Source: the human T2T-CHM13v2.0 reference genome, Homo sapiens
Reading direction: 5' to 3' (one strand)
Assembly (NCBI RefSeq): GCF_009914755.1
Contig: NC_060938.1
DNA: 64,000 nt
How positions within the stretch are numbered: the first letter of the stretch is position 1; the number at the start of each line of letters is the position of its first letter. Below are positions 50,251 to 64,000 of the stretch, piece by piece. A program made the translations under genes and the position numbers. Below the pieces are notes generated by a model, which did not search any database, was not told where the DNA came from, and saw only the letters and a list, made by a program, of their open reading frames with translations.

Positions 50251-51515
50251 CTCCATGTGGGAATGTGAAGAACTGTTAAGAGAATGAGTATAGAATGAGT
50301 CACTTTGCTTGTAGTCCCATCATGACTTAAATTCAGGACTTTATATTGTTGGGGACTGCTGCTTTGAGGGGGTAAGTAGCATAGCTTTTGCAACATAAAG
50401 TGGCTTTTTAGTTTTTTTTTTTTCATGAGATCATCAATATTGGTGCTTTTCTCAGTAACTACGCTTTTGAGTAGTTCAAGCATGGCCACTTGCTTTATTT
50501 GAAGGGAGTAAAATGAGAAGTATATGCCCCAGAGCATAAGAATCTGTTGCTGATCTTAATTTTTGGACAAATTGAATGCTAGGAAGTTCTTTTTCTGCCA
50601 AACTTCAGAACATTTGAGACCTGCTCAGTAAACAGTCATTGTATATTTTTAGTCCTAAAACAGTAAGAAGACTATTGGCCTCCCAGAGAAATGCCCTGAT
50701 GTATTTGAATTGAATAGGCATGGCTTTATAATAAAGAAATAGTAACAGTCACTTTAAATAGCATATTCTAAGCATTAAGTCAACCTGTCAAACCCTGCCT
50801 CACTCACATTTTTTAGGTGATTACTGTCTCCAGAGCATAAGGATACATAATCATGTCTACTGTTCACATGGCATAAGGATAAATCCTCATGGATAGGATA
50901 ATTTAAAAATTATTTTTGCAATAGTATGTCAAAATTAAGGTGTTTAGGAAAGTCCATTGTTATTAAACTTTCTGTTCCCAGGACTTGCTGATAAATTACA
51001 ATCAACAAAACAGTTTGTATTCTGTTCTTGTACCCACATCCCCCTGTCTACCTTAGAAATTCTTTTTTGGGGCACCATTTTTGGCAAGAATTCTATAGGA
51101 AATAAGAGTTTCTGGAGTTTGTTCTGATTGGTTCAGAGTCAGCAAGCTCAGCTCTGATGAAGTAATGGGATGTGTGAAAAGAAGTGTCTAAACACCAAGA
51201 TAGGAATATTGAGCAAAAGCAGCTTTGGGGTGTATATCAAAAATGCATTCTGTCTGATGTAATGGTGTTTTTTTGTTAGAAATTTAATACAGTAAGAAGT
51301 CAGCAAAACTTCATGTTGACAATCCCATTGTCTCATAAAGCTTGATTTGAAAAAGACAATGTAGAAACAGACTATCCAGAAGACATTTAGAGCCTTAAAT
51401 ATTCTGATAATCACCAACCCACACTCATGGAAGAGCAGAGGAGAAGATAATCAACATTAGTGACTATAAATGAAAAGAACCAGAAAGGCTGGATTACTTT
51501 CCATCAAAAAAAGTA

Positions 51516-51810
51516 GGTTGGGTGTGGTGCCTCATGCCTGTAATCCCAGTGCTAGGAGGCTGAGGTGGGCGGATCTCTTGAGCCCAGGAGTTCCACACCA
51601 AACTGGGCAACATGGTGAGACCCCATCTCTACAAAAAATAGCCAGGCATGGTGGTGCATGCCTGTAGTCTCAGCTACTTGGGAGGTTGAGGTGGGAGGAT
51701 CCCTTGAGCTTAGGAGGTGGCGGTTTCAGTGACCCAAGATTTTGCCACTGCACTCCAGCCTGGGTGACAGAGCAAGACCCTGTATGCAAAAAAAAAAAAA
51801 AAAAAAAAAA
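51516..51810 (+). mobile_element. Alu (AluJ-like)
   Basis: Dimer with a long A-tail. Confidence 0.92.
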
Positions 51811-52138
51811 CTAATCTTTATGAAAAAATAATCCTGAATATAGATTTAACTGTTAAGAGGGGGGAAAACCAGGATTCCAGTTATGTTTCCCTCGCCACCC
51901 CTGACCCAGTCAAGAAGGCAATGAACCAGCCAGCCCCTTTTAACAAGTGGAACAACTACAGAGATGTTTTGAATAACTGTACAGAAGTTAAGAAAATATT
52001 CAAGCCAAAACTAGTCTACTCAATGAACATAGATACAGCCCCAAAAAGCAGTGGTTAGAGATGGCAAGTTGCATAATTTTAGAAATACCACATTAGTCAC
52101 TGAGCTTTTAATTAAGAGGATGTCAAAAATGCAGTGTA

Positions 52139-52473
<335 letters not shown>

Positions 52474-53562
52474 TCAGCGTCTGAGCAACCAACCAAGAAA
52501 CAGCAATAGTCGTAATGCCATTTGTCAAACATGTCAACATGGGGTTGTATTTAAAAAGTAAATGACGAAATGCATGTAAACTTTATAACACAAAGGTTTT
52601 TAGCTGGGTTTTCTTCCCAAACTATATTAACATAGTTTAAAGCTAAGTTTTATGGTTGTGTCCGTGTTACATGTCAGTGATGTTGTTAAGCTAAGAATTC
52701 TTTTTCACTGTGAAGCAGTACAAATTCATGACTTTGCTAACAATCTATGACTGCTGAGCAGTAATACAGCTAACACTTACTGAGCACATACTATGCTCTA
52801 GAAGTGTGTTGAGCATTTCACATGTATGGTTTTACCTGAACCTTAGAACAATATTATGAGGTAGGTGCTATATTATTATCTCTGTTTTACAGATGGCCAA
52901 GCTGAGGCCAAGAAGAGTAAGTAATTTAGAGAGATCCGTAGCTGATAGGTGGTTGAGCCCGGATGAAAACACACCCCAAAGCCCATGCACCTAACAAACT
53001 ACTCGATTTGGGAAAGGTATTAGGTGAGGTGGAAAGCAAATAGGGTGGGTGAAGCATTGTTAGGTCAGATACCTGAGGATAAAGTGGGGAAAGGGTAAAG
53101 GGAGGAACAACATTCTTGCCGACAGCTGAAGCTCCAGTCCAGAAGCAGTAACTGAGGGCATGGAAGTCAGAGCCACAGAAATCAGTAAATAGGGGAAAGA
53201 GAAAGGTTTTCCTAAGGGAAGAAAAGGAATTGACATTTGTTTGAGGTGTGACTGGAGAATTGGAAATGGCAAAACAAGAGTTTCTGAGCATGAAGGGGTG
53301 AGATCGTGAGAAATGAAATCACCCTGAAGAACTCTTGGTGAAAGAAAAGCAGACCCCTAGTGAGCAGATGGACATGTAAAACTGGCGACGGTTTGGGTTG
53401 TTCCTTTACTGTGTTCATTGTTCACCTGCCTTCAACATTTCATCAGACACTCCCTTCCTCTGGAGGCTAGCATCTGTTTTGCTTTTTTTTTTTTTTTTTT
53501 TTTTTTAAATAGGACTGAGCATTCAACTCTTAGGCACTTGGTTATATATAGTACTTAGGTTA

Positions 53563-53889
<327 letters not shown>

Positions 53890-54519
53890 CTAATCCTGAA
53901 AAATACTCTTTTCATGAATCATCTTCTTCCACAGGTGAGTGCTTAGTAACTCTTTGTAAATGTAGATACCATGATCTACCTCAAAGGTACAGCATGCATT
54001 ATTAATACTCTAAAGTGGATCATCTGAACTCGTACTTTACAGGTGTAGGTGTGTATATTTGTGGTAAATCTGACCAAGAATATTTTATACAATACTTTCA
54101 TGAAAAGCATTATATTTGCCATATTGTCACAAGTTCATTTCTATCCACCCCAAAGGTTCAATCCCTGAAGCAGTTAAGACTTGTACAGAACTCAAATTCA
54201 AATGTATATAATCCTCAGCCTGATAGAGCTATATTGTTCTAGCTAAAGTATTCAGTATCTCTTTCGTGCCCACCACTGTTTCATTATCTTGTCTGATGAT
54301 CTTGCTTTATGTGAAATCTGTGCAATACTTAACAGTTTGTGTAAAAACATCAAAGGATTTTTAAAATTTCTGTTTTGTTTTGATTGTATATATTATCAAA
54401 CTGTGATCTGCTTTACAGAGCAGAGGATCAAAACTGTAAATCAAAGGACTAGAATCAATTATTATGAAAATCTGGACTATATAGGACTTCAGAAAACTGG
54501 TTACCAAAATTTTGGCTAA

Positions 54520-58227
<3,708 letters not shown>

Positions 58228-58398
58228 CTACTGGGGATAGCTGGAAGATTTGAATATCTCTGGGATGTCACTGTCCAGTTTCGAAATAATTTTATAAATG
58301 GGTTTCTTCCAGGAAGGATCTGAGTCTCTCCCTGCGGAGACAGCCCTGAAGAACTCCTGTAACGTCAAGCTGGCAATTTCCAAGAAGCAATCTGGAAC
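58228..58398 (-). CDS. PROX2: PROX2 last coding exon, prospero domain (VPDCFLEIAS...DPSWKKPIYKIISKLDSDIPEIFKSSSYPQ*)
   Basis: atgcag|G acceptor and TAG at 58230-58228; matches ORF 58228..58422. Confidence 0.95.
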   Translation of the reverse strand, partial: VPDCFLEIASLTLQEFFRAVSAGRDSDPSWKKPIYKIISKLDSDIPEIFKSSSYPQ

Positions 58399-59896
58399 CT
58401 GCATTTCCAAAGAGACCCACAAGAAAGAAAAGACGTGAGGTTGGGAAGCACTGGTGCCAGAGCCCTCACTAGCGGGTGCTGCCTGTTTCTTGGGTAGTGG
58501 GCTAGGAGCATCCCTGCTCTAGTGGCCCCTGATTCTGCAACCCTAGGACTCCTCTGCTTCCTCATCAGACACAAACCTTGATAAGACAGCTCCAGTGAGA
58601 AAGCCCTGGGAGAAGGTGAATTAAGGACACTTCCTTTGTAGGAGGAGCTGATCTCGCTAATGGGCGACTTTTTAACTAAGCAGGTCAGAAAATCTTACTG
58701 AAAGTAAATCTGTGGCTCAAAGAGACTTCGGTATTCTTTTCCCTAGTACTAACTGTGGAAAGGAGTGCCCCCAAGCTTCTGACTGTCATACCTCATTCCA
58801 CTGCCTTTTAGGGCTGGGTCTGAAGAGCTTACACTCCTGCTTTCAGAGCTGGTTGACGGGGGTGCTGTTCTAGAATCCTAACCCAGACTGGCACCATGAA
58901 TGATGGGTTGCCCCACTGCCAAGCTCCAGACCCAGCTTGGCTTGGGGCTTGCTGCCACTGCAGGTCAAATGACCACCCTATGTGGAAAGATGCAGCAGTG
59001 CTGCCTGTCCCATACTGGCCGTGACCCCTTGAGCCTCAGAAAGGGAGACATGGACAATTTTCCCCACAGGTAGTCTTAGCTTTCCAAACATACTCTGACT
59101 CACCAGTCAACCAGTGGATGACCACAGTTCTTGTATTTTTTGGAGGTATCAATAAACCACTCTTTGTGATCACAGTCAAGGGAGAAGTCAAGAAGAGGGA
59201 AGTGTAATCTGTGACCAGATATACCCGGCACCTGCAGAATCAGATGCCAGCCTAACAGCTGTCAGCTGTGCATGAGGCAACATGCATCTCTTGATTAGGA
59301 ATGTGCGCCAGTGACACCTAGGCTCACCTTTCACTGACGCTTTACCTCTGAGGTGCCACCAGTGTGCCTTCATAGGGATCCCCGAGGGACTGAGCTTGAG
59401 TGTTGTTTATTGTTATTTCCAGAAAGGATTTGAGGTGACTTGCTATGGAAGGCCCACTGATACATTTTCAAGGGAAAATACAGATAAGAATCAAATCATG
59501 AAAAGCATAGAAATTGTTGAGAAAACCTAGGCCAAGACTAGGTGCCACAACTGAGCTCAGCATTCAGTCCTGAGCCTCCTGGCACTAAGGCAAAAAGGTC
59601 AGGAAGTTATGTAACTTGATAATGACAGGGTATTCAGTCTAAGATGGTGTAACACCTGGCAGCCCTCTCACTAAGCTTCAGAATGAAGACTGGCTGTTGA
59701 CTCAGTTTGCTGCTTCCACCTGTTGCCCAAGTGAAGATGTTGAGGCTGTAATCTTTGTGGATGATACAGAGATTGGCCCAGGCTGCCCTGGCTCTCAGTA
59801 ACTTAAGGAGACACAGAAGAGGGATCTTTCCTAAAACTCGAATCATATAGGGAAGACACTCATCAGATCTCATGGGAACCCAGTACATGGTCTTAC

Positions 59897-60091
59897 CTCA
59901 AAGTCATTTCCCTTGTTGTAGTGCATATTGAGAGCTTGAAAAAGTTCTGAATTGCGGAGAACCACCAGCATTTTGGGATTTGTGACACCATCTGAAATTG
60001 CTTGCCGGGCAGATTTTTCCATTTGGATGTAATAAAACTCACGAAAGTTGCTGAACCACTTGATCATCTGGGAGGTAATGCAGCGGTTGAA
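59897..60091 (-). CDS. PROX2: PROX2 coding exon (FNRCITSQMIKWFSNFREFYYIQMEK...NKGNDFE), 195 nt
   Basis: gtacag|T acceptor and GAG|gtaaga donor; recognition helix KWFSNFREF; matches ORF 59870..60124. Confidence 0.95.
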
Positions 60092-60791
60092 CTGTACAAA
60101 CAAGAGGTCCATCCAGTCAGACATTTGCCACGAGGTGCTCAGAATTAGAACTGTCTGCTTCCAGCTCAGTATAGGGGTTCATATACGGCTTTAACCAGCA
60201 TTAACAGGGGCTTCCTTTAAAAAAAGAAGCGAAGCCACCGCTATTTTCCAAGCCTATTTAGTTATACTCAGAAAAATCTAAATTAGCTACAGTGCCCATT
60301 AGAACATAACTTTTTTTTGATATGCTAGATTTATGGGGGTTGTTTTACCCATGAAAAGCTTTTTGTGGTGTTTGAGTGGGACTTAGGGGTCACGACCAGT
60401 GTGGTGCCAGATTTTGCTGCACCCAGGTGGACTGCATGGCAGGCCTGGGGCCTTCCACTTGGATAAAGGGCCAAGGGAAGGGCAAGATGTAGGTCAGGGA
60501 GCAGTTTATTAGCAACTTTGAATTGTGGAATGAATTGAAATCAAAATCAGAGGTTGCTTCAGGGATCAACCAACCAACTGAATATGAGGGAAAGAAAAGC
60601 TTGAATGATGTAGACCAAAAGTATTAACAGCCCCTAACCCAACACCCAAAGTAAAAGAGGCCCTCAGAAACCTTTTATGGGAACAGGGGAGGTCTGGTCC
60701 CAACAATTAGTTTGATTTTCCTTATTGTCACACTTCATCTGTATGTACTTTCACTCAGTTTTGAACTATAGCAATTTGAACATAAATTTGA

Positions 60792-61157
<366 letters not shown>

Positions 61158-61502
61158 TATATTTTATTTTTCATAGTGTCCCCAGCCAAGGCAGAAAACT
61201 AGCCAAAAAGGCCACTAACTAGTGTTTCTGTTTCCCTCTACTTTTCCTGCCCATGTGTTTCTGTTTTGGGGATTATCTACAGCTCAGTAGCTTAAGAATT
61301 TAGACAGCCAGCCTTTCTAGCCTAAAGTTATTCACGGTTATTTGGGTAGAGTCTCAGCCCAGAACTGGACATTGCTTCCATCAGCAACACTAAGGGGAGC
61401 TTGAAGTGCACATATGATGACCTAGGACTTGCCTCACACCAGGCAAAACACACTGCCTCTTGGGAGTTCTGCAGAAGCTGCCATTTAGTTGAGTGACTTT
61501 AC

Positions 61503-61610
61503 CTGAACATCAGGAAAATAAACCTTCAGGAGGTTGGAGCTGGGATATCGTGTGAAGAAAAACATTAGTTTGGCCTTCTTCAAGTGACCAGGGTTTAGAC
61601 CCTCCTGGAT
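61503..61610 (-). CDS. PROX2: PROX2 coding exon, homeodomain N-part ((IQ)[34 protein letters not shown]); start is 61610 (AA acceptor) or 61604 (CAG acceptor)
   Basis: Translation matches the prospero/PROX homeodomain motif [16 protein letters not shown]; donor CAG|gtaaag at 61503/61502. Confidence 0.92.
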
Positions 61611-61620
61611 TTATCTCAGT

Positions 61621-61631
61621 GTCAAGGAAAA
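61621..61631 (-). promoter_or_regulatory. PROX2: U12-type branch point TTTTCCTTGAC
   Basis: Matches TTCCTTRAY, lies 11-17 nt before the exon, with no polypyrimidine tract between. Confidence 0.8.
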
Positions 61632-61848
61632 TGAACACTTTAAAATGCCAGTTTATCAATTAACTAGTGAATTCCTTGTTCCTGTGGTTTCTATTTGATT
61701 TCATTTTGTTTTTCTGATTGGAATTGTGTATTTGCTCCATTTTTCTGTCTCTGGAAACTCTGGTCAAATAAGCTGGATGACATATGTGCACAGTTAAGTC
61801 ACAGAATGTAAAAATCATCTCGATGTGGAAAAGTTATGTAGCATAGAT

Positions 61849-61870
61849 GATGTCAAATACAGGTTGGTGT

Positions 61871-61911
<41 letters not shown>

Positions 61912-61940
61912 TGTCTTAGATGTCAAATACAGGTTGGTGT

Positions 61941-61987
<47 letters not shown>

Positions 61988-61991
61988 TGTC
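61849..61991. repeat. Tandem duplication of about 70 bp; the copies carry (TG)18 and (TG)22
   Basis: gatgtcaaatacaggttggtgtatt-(TG)n-gtgtc occurs twice. Confidence 0.95.
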
Positions 61992-62269
61992 CAAGTGGGA
62001 TGGGAAGAGATGGCAATTCTATCCCAGATAAACCATTTCAAAACCCCAAGCAGAGATTTACTTCCCCTCTCTGCCTCAGTTTCCTCAGCTGTAAAACGAG
62101 AAGAGTAAACTAGGTGGTCCCCATTCTGGCTGTCACTCTTATCATTGCCTTCACAGTGTTGCCTTTATAACCAGCAAACATCTAAGCAGGCTGAATACCA
62201 GCTCATATTTTGCTCTTGCTCAAGAAGCTTGAATGGTTGGGTGGTACCCACTCTCCATTTGCCTGGCAG

Positions 62270-63560
62270 AACTATCCCTCATCTTTCAGGTCTCAGCTCA
62301 GAAGCTCCCACCTCTGTTAAACCCTTCCTTGCCAAATTAGGCCTTCCTTACCCTGGGCTATGAAGACTCTTTGTACAAACTGTTGCAGCGATGACCTTAT
62401 TGGAATTTTTACTGTATGTTTGTCTCGTCTAGACTGTGAGCTCCTTGAGAGTGAGGACCTTATCTTTTCATCTTTGTGCCTAGCCCAGTGCTAGGAACAT
62501 AGCAGGTGCTCAATAAATATTTGTTGTGTGAAGGAGTAAGTGAGTGAACGGTCAACCTTAATCCATACACATATATGGAAATTAGATTCCAAACTATACC
62601 TCACTCTGGGAACAGACAGATTCCTTCCCCTTTAACAAGAGTCGGAGAATTGTGATGTGACTGCCTAGCACTAGGGCAGGACGGAAATGAAAAAAAGATT
62701 TACACAAATACGCTTTGCATTTTTAGGGACAGTCCTTAGGCTGGGTGAGAAGCATTACACAGAGTAACCTGGGATCTCAGATCCGAGAGCTGTAGCTTAA
62801 GACAGTGAAGACTTCCACATAGGATGAATCTGTTTAACCAAAAGAAACCAGACCAACTGACTATGGTTATAGGTGGCCCAGGCACCTAGTTGCTGCACAG
62901 GAGATCCCTCCCTGCTGCCCCATCAGCCCCTACTTACCCTTCCTACAGATCCACAAATGCTGTGGAGAGAATCCTGGATTGGGATTCCAAAGACCCAGTT
63001 TCAGACACTGATTTTGCCATCTATTAGCTGTGTGACCTTGGGCAAGCCACTTAACTGCTCTGAGCCTCATTGCTAAGATGTGGAGTATAGTGGTTAAAGC
63101 TTGTACTTGGCCATCAGATCCCGGGTTTAAATCCTGGTTGCTCATTAGTGTGTCTTGGGACTTTGGACGAGTTAGCTCCCTTCTCTGTCTCTGCTTCTCG
63201 GATACCCGATCTTAGAGTGGATGCTTGAGAACGGTGAGATAATACAGGTCTAAACCCGTTATCTGAAATGCTGAGCCAAATGGAGTTTGGATTTCAGAAT
63301 TTGTTAGCTTATAAAGATAATACGATGTGTGTACCACACATTAATTAACATCCACAGCTGAGACAGTGTATAATCCAATACATTAACATTTCTGCAGCAG
63401 AACGTATGACTATACTAAGTGGGATAAAATCTATTAATAGCCTCCAATCAGTGCAAGCCAGGTTTTGCTACCAAAAAAAAAAGATTGCATCATTCTTAGG
63501 GGGGGAAAATCATAGGGCCTGTCAAAGCTTTATGGGTTTCAGAATTGTAGCTAAGTGGTG
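62270..63560. mobile_element. Cluster of L2 3' end, MIR and a probable Tigger-type relic
   Basis: tagactgtgagctccttgag...tgctcaataaatatttgtt (L2); agctgtgtgaccttgggcaag (MIR); ttatctgaaatgct (Tigger-like). Confidence 0.6.
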
Positions 63561-64000
63561 GTGGGCACATATGTGTGAAGTGCTGGTAGCAATGCCTGCC
63601 ACCGAGAAGGTGTTCTGTCAATGCTCCCCTCGTGATCTTCACATCTGCCCTACCTATGTCACAGGATGTCATGTGAATGTGAACGTTCTTTTTATGCTGT
63701 AAAGCAGCTTGCTCTCAGGTGGCTTTCATGGCCCACAGGAATAAATCTCTTGGAATATAGGCAGCAGGAATGAGGGAAGAGTTGAGGGGCCAGGGTGCTG
63801 CTAGGGGGTCCCAAGTCATTCCAAAGATAGTCAAGTACTTCACCCATGCAGCCAGTCCTGGCTTAGGTATTTCTTAGGATAGGCCCCAAACCTCCAGAAG
63901 CTCTCTGAGCCCAATCCCCAATTTAGGGGGCAGGAACAGGCACATGTAGGTGCTCAACAAATAGCAAATTCTGGGAGACTGAGGTGTTTTTGCAGCTGTC

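Noticed and set aside
61825-62113. CV/HT dipeptide-repeat ORFs
   Set aside because: Translations of (TG)n/(CA)n microsatellites.

Overview
Eukaryotic (human/primate, Alu-rich) genomic DNA holding two convergent multi-exon genes. Plus strand: the 3' two-thirds of YLPM1 (ZAP3). I traced 16 coding exons from 690 to the TGA at 38512-38514, all with GT-AG boundaries. They splice into one continuous frame: a giant low-complexity exon, a Pro-rich region, a P-loop kinase-like domain and a PP1-docking RVRW tail. A 3'UTR intron and a terminal exon with AATAAA at 39247 follow. Minus strand: the last three coding exons (homeo-prospero domain) and the 3'UTR of PROX2. The rest is intronic or intergenic, with about 30 Alu/FLAM copies, L1, L2, MIR, one MaLR solo LTR and DNA-transposon relics. 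Most short ORFs in the track are repeat-derived noise. The most notable signals concern minor-spliceosome (U12) sites. (1) A perfect U12 donor GTATCCTTT is nested 4 nt inside a YLPM1 U2 donor. Paired with a U12-like branch site at 32280, it would skip two exons in frame. (2) A U12 branch point precedes the PROX2 homeodomain exon, and the best-spaced acceptor is a non-canonical AA. Other findings: a fossil 5-codon PROX2 C-terminal tail, an Alu-free intron block with an intronic poly(A) site that would delete the PP1 motif, and two small TPRT-type insertions of unidentified RNAs. Gene names and exon numbers come from my recognition of the proteins; no database was searched.
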